A DNA stretch of 29,853 nucleotides from a bacterium (GTDB lineage Bacteria; Chloroflexota; Dehalococcoidia; E44-bin15). A program made the translations under genes and the position numbers. This document shows positions 9,700 to 17,869 of the stretch, piece after piece. Positions within the stretch are counted from its first letter, which is position 1; each line of letters begins with the position of its first letter. The stretch covers positions 1-29,853 of the forward strand of contig JAIWEW010000001.1 in assembly GCA_048632005.1 (NCBI GenBank), read 5' to 3'. The notes under the pieces are model-generated. The model saw only the letters and a list, made by a program, of their open reading frames with translations, searched no databases and had not been told where the DNA came from.

Positions 9700-10154
9700 T
9701 GCAGGAGCATATACTAAAGGGCCAGACTGATGTTAGTCAGATCGAGGCGATACTTGATATCGTGTTAAATTCCTCATCTCCCCCGGTAGCACGGTGCCGC
9801 TTGCTATCAAGTGGATTCGCTCCGCATCACACCCTTAATATAGAAGAGGATATCGCCGGGAGCGTTGCCTGCCTCGGCTGCGGCAACTGCATTGATATTT
9901 GCCCCGTGCTGTCCCGTGAGCCTACCCGTATGGAGAAAACGGCCCAGCGCAGCTCTATGGCCCTGGAGACACTGGTGGGGGAGGACTGTGACCGCTGTTT
10001 CAACTGCGTACTCTCCTGTCCACAGGTGGATACCACCATCAAGCACTATATCGTTAATCGGCACATGGTCGAGGCGATGTCCCGTCTCGAAACACGGATC
10101 GGCGATGAGAAAGAGCCCGACCTGGACCTTTATGTAGAAGAGGCGTTGATCTAG
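9699..10154 (+). CDS. 2x[4Fe-4S] ferredoxin-like protein
   Basis: CLGCGNCIDICP and CDRCFNCVLSCP; start overlaps the flavoprotein stop (TAATG). Confidence 0.85.
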   Translation: MQEHILKGQTDVSQIEAILDIVLNSSSPPVARCRLLSSGFAPHHTLNIEEDIAGSVACLGCGNCIDICPVLSREPTRMEKTAQRSSMALETLVGEDCDRCFNCVLSCPQVDTTIKHYIVNRHMVEAMSRLETRIGDEKEPDLDLYVEEALI

Positions 10155-10174
10155 CCTCTAGGAGGAATTCTAGA

Positions 10175-11341
10175 GTGGACTTTGCCATTCCCGATGAGCT
10201 AAAGATGGTTCAAACCTCTGTAAGGAAGTTTGTAAAAGATGAGCTCATGCCTTTGGAGAGGGATATCCTCGGACGTGAGGGCGACCCCACTACCGGCAGG
10301 ATAATGCTTCCCCCGGATGAAGAGGAACGGCTGTTCAACATGGTGCAGGAGATGGGGCTGTGGGGAGTGAGCGTTCCCGAGGAGTTAGGAGGAGTGGGGC
10401 TACCAGCGCTGGGGGTTTGTCTTGTGGAGGAGGAACTTGCTAAGTGTGTCGTCCCCTTCAACTTTGGCGATATCTCTCCCATCCTTTTCGATGCTGATGA
10501 GGAGCAGCGAAAAAGCTATCTGCAGCCCCTCATAGATGGCGAGAAGCAGGCCTGCCTCGCCCTCCTCGAAGCTGATGGGTCTGACCCTGCCACGATGAAT
10601 ACCACCGCGGTTAGCGAGGATGGCGATTATATCATTAACGGACGCAAGATTTGCCCGGTAAATGCTATCGATGTCGGCGATTTTACAATGGTCTTCGCTG
10701 TCACTGACAGAGAGAAAGGTGCCCGTGGAGGGGTAACGTGCTTTCTCGTAGACCGTGATACCCCTGGATTCACCACAACTGGTGGTGGAGAGCGGACGGG
10801 ACGGCATGCCCAGGTGGTGGAACCTATCAACCTCATATTCGATAATTGCCGTGTTCCTGCCAAGAATATTCTCGGTAAAGAGGGAGAGGCATTCTACCTT
10901 GGCATGAAATGGCTACCGGCAAGACGCATTGTAAGGGGAGCCAGGTGTGTAGGTGCGGCGGAGCGGCTGCTTGAGATATCCAAGGAGTATGCCAAGAATT
11001 GGCAATCTTTGGGCCGCCTGATAGAGCAGCGGCCCAGCGTACAGCGGGACCTGGCAGATATGGCTATCGATATTCATGCTACCAGACTAATGGTGTTCCA
11101 CGCAGCCTGCAAGGCGGATGAAGAGGAGGATATTCACCAGGAGGCTGCCATGGTGAAGGTGTTTGCCACCGAGATGGTGGAAAGGGCGGCTGACCGCGCT
11201 ACCCAGATCCATGGCGGGCCTATATACACCAAAGAACTGCCTTTATCCAGATTGTGTCGAAACGCCATCGCGGCAAGCACATCAGAGCAGGCCTTAGAGC
11301 TCCAGCGGGCTATCATTGCCCGAGACCTCTTGAGATATTGA
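10175..11341 (+). CDS. Acyl-CoA dehydrogenase-family protein with degenerate FAD motifs
   Basis: ACAD-type GLWG...PEELGG, GSD, NGRK, FAVTD, VTCFLVD, FDNCRVP, LADM and QIHGG; GTG start with RBS GGAGG. Confidence 0.88.
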   Translation: MDFAIPDELKMVQTSVRKFVKDELMPLERDILGREGDPTTGRIMLPPDEEERLFNMVQEMGLWGVSVPEELGGVGLPALGVCLVEEELAKCVVPFNFGDISPILFDADEEQRKSYLQPLIDGEKQACLALLEADGSDPATMNTTAVSEDGDYIINGRKICPVNAIDVGDFTMVFAVTDREKGARGGVTCFLVDRDTPGFTTTGGGERTGRHAQVVEPINLIFDNCRVPAKNILGKEGEAFYLGMKWLPARRIVRGARCVGAAERLLEISKEYAKNWQSLGRLIEQRPSVQRDLADMAIDIHATRLMVFHAACKADEEEDIHQEAAMVKVFATEMVERAADRATQIHGGPIYTKELPLSRLCRNAIAASTSEQALELQRAIIARDLLRY

Positions 11342-11354
11342 TTGGAGGATGGCG

Positions 11355-11906
11355 ATGTCGAAGCGGATTACCTCACCCCTTGACGATAATACCATTAAGG
11401 ACCTGAAAGCAGGAGATCAGGTTTTAATCAATGGAGTAATCTACACTGCCCGTGATGCCGCACATAAGAGGTTGACCGAAGCCCTGGACCGTGGCGAGGA
11501 TCCGCCATTCGATTTCCGTGGTCAGACACTTTATTATATGGGACCCTCACCGGCTAAGCCGGGACAGGTTATCGGTGCCGCCGGGCCAACCACCAGCGGG
11601 CGCATGGACACATATACCCCTCGTCTCATCGCCTCAGGGCTCAAGGGCATGATCGGAAAGGGCAGCCGCTCTACCGATGTGAAAGAAGCCATGGTGAAGC
11701 ATAAAGCAATCTACTTCGCTGCCATAGGGGGAGCCGGGGCCCTCATCGCCCGTTCTATAAAGAAGGCGGAGGTTGTGGCCTACGAGGATCTGGGAGCGGA
11801 AGCGATCAGGCGTCTTGAAGTGGAGGACTTTCCCGCCACCGTGGTGAACGATGCATACGGTGGGGATTTATATGAAGAGGGGAAAGCTAAGTACCGCAAG
11901 GACTAG
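11355..11906 (+). CDS. Class I two-subunit fumarate hydratase, beta subunit (TtdB-like family)
   Basis: TARDAAHKR, GPTTSGRMD and MIGKG motifs; start moved to the second ATG (11355), 6 nt after GGAGG. Confidence 0.92.
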   Translation: MSKRITSPLDDNTIKDLKAGDQVLINGVIYTARDAAHKRLTEALDRGEDPPFDFRGQTLYYMGPSPAKPGQVIGAAGPTTSGRMDTYTPRLIASGLKGMIGKGSRSTDVKEAMVKHKAIYFAAIGGAGALIARSIKKAEVVAYEDLGAEAIRRLEVEDFPATVVNDAYGGDLYEEGKAKYRKD

Positions 11907-11996
11907 GACCAACCAGAGCATTTTTGTGATCCTCTATTTTCTCCACAGGCCCTCTTATAAAAGTTCGGATTTACGTAAACCTTTGCAGGAGCACTA

Positions 11997-12764
11997 ATGG
12001 ATCTTAAGGTTGACCTGGAATGGGGCGATGAGGGGGTAATCCCGGAAACGATTCACCCAGACACTGCCTTCATCTTTGATAAAATGGGGGATGTAATCCA
12101 GGAAATGGTTGCCCCTGATATCGGAGAGAGGGTGCTGGATGTCGGGTGTGGCCGGGCAATAGATGCCCTGGCTCTGGCGAAACGGGGTGCCAGAGCAATC
12201 GGTCTAGACCCATCGGGAAAGATGATAAGGGAAGCCAAAAACCATATTGACAACAGCGATATTCACCTCGTTCGCGGGATCGGTGAGGCGCTTCCGTTTA
12301 AAAAGCATTCCCTGGATAAGATAATATGTAAAGGCGCGCTGGACCACTTTGTTGACATGCCTAAGACGATGGCGGATATGTCTCAGTCGCTCAAACCGGG
12401 AGGCGCAGCGATAATCGCTATAGCTAACTTTGAGAGTCTTAGCTGTCAATTGGGGAGAAGCTGGTTTCCCATCGTGAAAAAGCTTTACCGCCAACAGGAT
12501 AGTATACATCCATGGATACCTCCCGCCGACCATAACTACAAATTCGACTGCCCGATGTTGAAAAAGATAGTTGCATGTGATTTCGATATAGAGAAAATAA
12601 GAGGGATGTCCCTGCTCTGGACCGCCCCTTACTGGGGAAAGTTCCTCTCTCTATTGCCCCGGCGGGTCTCATCAGCCATCCTGGCATCCCTCGATAGAAT
12701 CGCCCGCTGGCTCCCTTCACTGAGCGATGTAATTATCGTCAAGATCACCCCAAAGGGCGCTTAA
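11997..12764 (+). CDS. Class I SAM-dependent methyltransferase
   Basis: VLDVGCG motif I; GEALPF; ALDHF; LKPGG; RBS AGGAG. Confidence 0.88.
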   Translation: MDLKVDLEWGDEGVIPETIHPDTAFIFDKMGDVIQEMVAPDIGERVLDVGCGRAIDALALAKRGARAIGLDPSGKMIREAKNHIDNSDIHLVRGIGEALPFKKHSLDKIICKGALDHFVDMPKTMADMSQSLKPGGAAIIAIANFESLSCQLGRSWFPIVKKLYRQQDSIHPWIPPADHNYKFDCPMLKKIVACDFDIEKIRGMSLLWTAPYWGKFLSLLPRRVSSAILASLDRIARWLPSLSDVIIVKITPKGA

Positions 12765-14022
12765 GCCTGCAGACCTCTTCATAAACATCAACAACCTGTT
12801 TCGCTGTCTGCTCCCAGGTGAAGTGGCGCGTCACCCTTCTCCTCCCTTCACTACTCAGCCTGTGCTGCAACGTTTCATCCTCCAGCAGACGCTTGATTGC
12901 CTTGGCCAGGGCATTAGGATCCTGCGGAGGCACCAGAATACCGCTCTTCCCATCCCCCCCAACCACCTCGGGAAGCGCACCCGCCCTGGTAGCGATTACC
13001 GGCACCTCACAGGCCATAGCCTCTGCAGCAGGAAGGCCAAACCCCTCATAAACGGATGGTGTAACGGCGATCTGAGAAGAAGAGTATTTCCGAACCAACT
13101 GCTCATTGGTTACTCTCCCGGTAAATTCAACCATATCCTCGAGCCCATACTCATTCACCAGATCAAGGGCATATGTATCATTTCGTTCGATCTTGTCCAC
13201 CACGGTTAATTTAACTGGCACGTTATCCTGTTTTAGCAGTCGTAATGCCTGAAGCAAGAAAATGATGCCCTTTTTACGGTCGCTCGTTCTGCCGACCATG
13301 ATAAGGCGGCCTGGCCCATTCTCCGACTCCACACCAACCCCATCCACATTCCGGAATAAATCGGTATCGATACCGGGATACACCATCCTCATCTTGCTCC
13401 CGGGAATTCTGAATTCCCGGCCTACCTCCCGTGTCGAGCTCTCCGAGTCCGTGATAACCATATCCAGGCGCCGGGCAACGATCCCCTGCATTAGCGGGGG
13501 ATAGAGAAGAAGCTGCCTGATTTTTTTCCAAACGCCTGTTTCCTGTGCAAGGTCAGCCCTGGTATCAATGGGTAAGGGGTGATGAATGGTAGCGACCACA
13601 GGAATTTGCAACGTCTTCATCAGCAGCAGCCCATAGGCGAGGCACTGGTTATCATGAATTACATCGTAGCGATGTGTAGGAAGAAGCTCCTTTATCTTGA
13701 GATAGGCTTTAAGGCTGAATGTGAGCATCTCTGGAAACATGCCCAGCTTGGTCCCGCCAAACTCGAAGAGGTTGAAAGGGGTGAGGAGATGGAAGGGTTT
13801 TTCCGCAGGCAAGGCACTTTGCCCATCATGCCTTCGGTCGTAGAGGTTCAAGCTATCAAGATAGTGCGCCCTGACCCCTTCAGGAACATCAGGATAGGGC
13901 GGCCCAACGATTATGTCTACTTCATGACCCAGACGGTGAAGCTCGCGAGACAGGTAATAGAGGTAAATCCCCTGACCGCCACAGTATTTATTCCCCCGAT
14001 AGCACAGGAGACATATTTTCAC
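12745..14022 (-). CDS. Glycosyltransferase family 4 (GT-B), paralogue 2
   Basis: GGQGIY N-terminal motif; KKG; PSVYEGFGLPAAEAMAC (E-x7-E). Confidence 0.92.
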   Translation of the reverse strand: MKICLLCYRGNKYCGGQGIYLYYLSRELHRLGHEVDIIVGPPYPDVPEGVRAHYLDSLNLYDRRHDGQSALPAEKPFHLLTPFNLFEFGGTKLGMFPEMLTFSLKAYLKIKELLPTHRYDVIHDNQCLAYGLLLMKTLQIPVVATIHHPLPIDTRADLAQETGVWKKIRQLLLYPPLMQGIVARRLDMVITDSESSTREVGREFRIPGSKMRMVYPGIDTDLFRNVDGVGVESENGPGRLIMVGRTSDRKKGIIFLLQALRLLKQDNVPVKLTVVDKIERNDTYALDLVNEYGLEDMVEFTGRVTNEQLVRKYSSSQIAVTPSVYEGFGLPAAEAMACEVPVIATRAGALPEVVGGDGKSGILVPPQDPNALAKAIKRLLEDETLQHRLSSEGRRRVTRHFTWEQTAKQVVDVYEEVCRLKRPLG

Positions 14023-14039
14023 TTCTGGCTCTCCATATA

Positions 14040-14753
14040 CTAAATCTTTTTGGTATATATCACGATGCTCTTAGGAAAGATGAAATTGAAGAAGCGCTCT
14101 ACCCATGATACAAATTTTGACTTGGTAGTTATCTGAAGCTCTAGAAACCTGAGGTATAAATCCGGTATCCTCGCCTCCTCATTCTTCAGGCCGAAGATGC
14201 AGCGCATGATCCAGTAGATCGAATGGAAGGCGTGCTCATAGCGGATTGCATAAATACGTAAGCTATGGCGATGCAGCACTCTCACCAGCTCCTGCGCGGT
14301 GAATATCCTGACGTGTCCTCCTGGATGGTTATAGTAGTCCGAATCCAGTATCCAGCAGGTCTTTTCGGGTACATAGGTGGGTACCGTGACCGCCAGCAGC
14401 CCTCCCCTCCTGAGTACCCGTACCATCTCCTCGATACCCTGATCGGGATCATCAACGTGTTCCATAACCTCGGAGCAGATAATTTTATCGAACGAGGCAT
14501 CCTTGAACGGAAGATTTAAGGCATCGCCACACAGCACGTTCCGGTTACCATTGAACCCATTCTGTTGATCCATATGATCCAGCACGTACTTGGTCTTCTT
14601 AAGGCCCAAATCGTCGAGGTCCATGGCGCATGTAATACCGGCGCCATTGTTAAGACGATATGCTTCGTAGCTGTGCCTCCCCTCGCCACAGCCCACATCT
14701 AAAAACCTGTCACCGTCCCTTACCTTGAAAAGGTTGAAATTAACCGTAAGCAC
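14040..14753 (-). CDS. Class I SAM-dependent methyltransferase
   Basis: FLDVGCGEGRH; GDALNLPF; SEVMEH; HPGGHVRIF; GTG start overlaps the upstream GT stop. Confidence 0.9.
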   Translation of the reverse strand: MLTVNFNLFKVRDGDRFLDVGCGEGRHSYEAYRLNNGAGITCAMDLDDLGLKKTKYVLDHMDQQNGFNGNRNVLCGDALNLPFKDASFDKIICSEVMEHVDDPDQGIEEMVRVLRRGGLLAVTVPTYVPEKTCWILDSDYYNHPGGHVRIFTAQELVRVLHRHSLRIYAIRYEHAFHSIYWIMRCIFGLKNEEARIPDLYLRFLELQITTKSKFVSWVERFFNFIFPKSIVIYTKKI

Positions 14754-15973
14754 TAAAGTACCTCCCGATATACCTCCAGGGTCTTCCTTGTCGCTTCCTT
14801 CCAGGTAAAGTGTTTCTGCACCCTTTCCTTCCCCTTTTCGCCCATCGTCTGACGCAAGGACTCATCGGAAAGAAGACGCTTGATCGCCCCGGCCAGGGCA
14901 GAGTGATCCCTTGGCGGTACTAAAATTCCGCTCACCCCATCCTCCACCACCTCAGGAAGCGCTCCCGCCATGGTGGCAACTACGGGTAGACCACATGACA
15001 TCGCTTCCGCAGCAGGAAGGCAAAATCCCTCATATAACGAGGGGACAACAGCTACCTCCGCCTTGCGGTAGAACCCAACCACTTCCTCCACACTCACCTT
15101 TCCGGTAAATTCCACACTGTCATCGAGCCCCAACCTCTCCACCAGTACCGGTGTATACTCGTTATCTGGCGCTCCACGGTCTACAATAGTGAGTTTAACA
15201 TCCATATCTTCGCGCAGTAACTTGAGGGCGCGAAGCAGATAAATGATTCCTTTTTTTCGATCTTGCGTGTTGGCCACAACGACTAGGCGACCTCGCTCCT
15301 TATGATTACCATCTAAATCCCGAAACATCTCGGTATCTATGCCATTGTAGACCACCCTTAGCTTATCACGGGGAACCCTGAATACCTTCCTGGTCTCTTC
15401 TGCAGCGCTCTCTGAGACCGTAACCACTCGATCCATCCTCCCAGCCACCAGGTGTTGCATTATGAAGGGGTAAAAACATATACGGCCAAACCTCTCCCAC
15501 GCTTTATCTATATAGGCAATATCGGTCTTTCTATCGATAGGTAAGGGGTGGTGTACAGTGGCCACAATGGGGATCCCAAAGGACTTCATCATCAATATGC
15601 CGTAGCCCAGGGTCTGATTGTCATGAATAATATCGAACCGGCCGTCACGAAGCAACTGGCGTACTTTCTGATAGGCCCTGAAGCTGAATGAGAACATCTC
15701 GGGGAACATACCCAGCCTTATCGACGCCAGCTCGTATAGGTTGAGCGGGGTAAAGATACGGAAGGGGTCTTTCTTGGGGAACCCGAATTCGAAAAGATTC
15801 AGGTTTTCCACCCGGTGTTCCGTAACCCCATCAGGTATATCGGGATAAGGGGGGCCTACAACTACATGAACCTCATGCCCTAATCTCTGGAGCTCCCGGG
15901 ACAGGTAATACAGGTAAACTCCCTGACCCCCACTGTACATATTCCCCCTATTGCAAAGGAGGCATATTTTCAT
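14753..15973 (-). CDS. Glycosyltransferase family 4 (GT-B), paralogue 1
   Basis: GGQGVY; KKG; PSLYEGFCLPAAEAMSCG. Confidence 0.92.
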   Translation of the reverse strand: MKICLLCNRGNMYSGGQGVYLYYLSRELQRLGHEVHVVVGPPYPDIPDGVTEHRVENLNLFEFGFPKKDPFRIFTPLNLYELASIRLGMFPEMFSFSFRAYQKVRQLLRDGRFDIIHDNQTLGYGILMMKSFGIPIVATVHHPLPIDRKTDIAYIDKAWERFGRICFYPFIMQHLVAGRMDRVVTVSESAAEETRKVFRVPRDKLRVVYNGIDTEMFRDLDGNHKERGRLVVVANTQDRKKGIIYLLRALKLLREDMDVKLTIVDRGAPDNEYTPVLVERLGLDDSVEFTGKVSVEEVVGFYRKAEVAVVPSLYEGFCLPAAEAMSCGLPVVATMAGALPEVVEDGVSGILVPPRDHSALAGAIKRLLSDESLRQTMGEKGKERVQKHFTWKEATRKTLEVYREVL

Positions 15974-16509
15974 GCTTTGCTCGTCCCCAGGTGTAGAGGT
16001 AGGGCGAGAAGTCCAGCGATGCTCTTGGCATCCCGCAGCTCACCAGAGGTAATCAGGTTGTGTACCTGTTCCAAAGGAACGGGTACAACCTCAATAATCT
16101 CATCCTCTTGAACCGTTTTATGTCCGGGCTCAAGCTCTGTGGCAAGGAAAAGGTGTAAAAATTCGGTAAAACATCCCGGGCTACTGTAGAACCCACCAAG
16201 CCGCTCCATCTTCGCGGCAGTATATCCAATCTCCTCCTCTAGCTCCCTGAAGGCGCTCTGTATGGGCTCCTCACCCGGTTCGATAACACCGGCGGGTATC
16301 TCAAGAAGCTCCTGAGCCAATGCGTAGCGAAACTGTCGCACAAGCATGACATTATTCTCCGCATCGACAGCTACAATAGCGACGCAATCCGGGTGATCCA
16401 CCACCTCCCGCGTGGTCTCCCTGCCACTGGGAAGTACCACCCTATCAACGTGAAGCTTAACCCGTCGCCCCTCGTATATTTGCCTGCTCTCTACAGTTCG
16501 TTCTTTCAT
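15970..16509 (-). CDS. nudF: NUDIX hydrolase, ADP-ribose pyrophosphatase type
   Basis: REVVDHP, LVRQFRY, LEIPAG, RELEEEIG and SPG motifs. Confidence 0.88.
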   Translation of the reverse strand: MKERTVESRQIYEGRRVKLHVDRVVLPSGRETTREVVDHPDCVAIVAVDAENNVMLVRQFRYALAQELLEIPAGVIEPGEEPIQSAFRELEEEIGYTAAKMERLGGFYSSPGCFTEFLHLFLATELEPGHKTVQEDEIIEVVPVPLEQVHNLITSGELRDAKSIAGLLALPLHLGTSKA

Positions 16510-16973
16510 TAGCTTGGAGGTTCCATATTATATATCATAGCCACCTCATCGCAGTCAGGGAACTTTGGGCAGCGGAGACACTCACCCCACACCTTACGTG
16601 GCAGCTCCATTTTATCTACCTGGCGAAAGCCAAACCGCTCAAAGAAACTGGGCATATATGTGAGGCAAAAGATGGTCTCGATCCCCATGCTTCTTGCCTC
16701 TTCCAGGCAGGCCTGCATCAGTAAGGCCCCGGCGCCTTTGTCCTGTATCTCCTCAGCAACACAAACAGCCCTGACCTCAGCGAGATCGGACCAGAATATA
16801 TGAAGCGCAGCACATGCAACCAATTTCTCTCCATCCCGTACCACGAAAACGTCCCTCATATTCTCATAGATTTCACTGAGTGCACGGGGTAACATCTCTC
16901 CCTTATCAGCAAAGTAATTGACCAGCTTGTGAATTTGAGGTATGTCGTTAATGCGTGCCTTTTCTGCCTTCAT
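16509..16973 (-). CDS. argA: Short GNAT-type N-acetylglutamate synthase
   Basis: MLPR, LAEVR, QDKGAG, FCLTY and KVWGECLRCPKFPDCDE motifs. Confidence 0.8.
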   Translation of the reverse strand: MKAEKARINDIPQIHKLVNYFADKGEMLPRALSEIYENMRDVFVVRDGEKLVACAALHIFWSDLAEVRAVCVAEEIQDKGAGALLMQACLEEARSMGIETIFCLTYMPSFFERFGFRQVDKMELPRKVWGECLRCPKFPDCDEVAMIYNMEPPS

Positions 16974-17785
16974 TTCTGTACCAGCCTCTTCATCAAGGTT
17001 CCATAGAAAAACGTTGGTGGCTGCGTCCTCAGAAAACGGGCCACGTGAGGGCTGAGATTTACTTTAACAGTGTCACCGCTCTCCAGTGCCATGTTAATCT
17101 GGCCATCTATGCTCAATATGGCCTGATGGTCGGTATGTACCTGTAATTCAACGATAGATGTAGCTGGAAGAACCATCGCATTGGAGAAGGTCAGGTGAGG
17201 AGAAATGGGATTTAACAGGATCTCCGTGGACTGGGGATGAAGGATGGGACCACCGCTGGCCAGGGAGTAGCTCGTACTTCCTGTCGCGGTAGAGAGTATC
17301 ACCCCATCCGCTTTATATGTAGTTAAATGGGCACCATCGATGATGGTCTCCACGTGAATTACCCTGGATACGTTACCCCTCCCTACGACAATGTCGTTCA
17401 AGGCATGAAAGGACTTTTTGCCTGCCAGCTCCGCCTGAAGCATAGCCCGCTCATCAATCCATCCTTCCCCCGCCAATAATTCAACCAGTCTGTCGCGAGC
17501 CTCGTCAACACTCAGCTCGGTCATAAAACCGAGTCTGCCCAGATTTATTCCCACAATAGGAATGGACTGAGGGGCCACAGCACGCGCCGCCCGCAATATG
17601 GTGCCATCGCCACCAATACTGAGAATCAGTTCCGTGTTCCCAACCTGAGCCTTAGCACCCTCCTCATCCCAGGCAGAACAAAGCCAAACAACTGCATTTA
17701 GAGAGGGCAAAAAACCTGCCAGCTCCTCGGCAAAAGCCTTAGCAGCAGCTATCTTTGGATGATAAAGAATACCAACCCTTTTCAA
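16970..17785 (-). CDS. nadK: NAD(+) kinase
   Basis: GGDGT; NLGRLGF; LND; ADG...STATGSTSYSLASGGP; TTG start with RBS AGGAG. Confidence 0.95.
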   Translation of the reverse strand: MKRVGILYHPKIAAAKAFAEELAGFLPSLNAVVWLCSAWDEEGAKAQVGNTELILSIGGDGTILRAARAVAPQSIPIVGINLGRLGFMTELSVDEARDRLVELLAGEGWIDERAMLQAELAGKKSFHALNDIVVGRGNVSRVIHVETIIDGAHLTTYKADGVILSTATGSTSYSLASGGPILHPQSTEILLNPISPHLTFSNAMVLPATSIVELQVHTDHQAILSIDGQINMALESGDTVKVNLSPHVARFLRTQPPTFFYGTLMKRLVQK

Positions 17786-17869
17786 GAGCCGCTCCTAAAA
17801 CCTAATCAAATCAACAAACATTCGAAGGCCAAGTTGCATTGGGAAGTCTATCATTGCTCAAGAGTGGTG

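Noticed and set aside
11970-11979. Perfect 10-bp palindrome TTTACGTAAA upstream of the methyltransferase
   Set aside because: Too short and single; expected by chance in AT-rich intergenic DNA; no properly spaced promoter found
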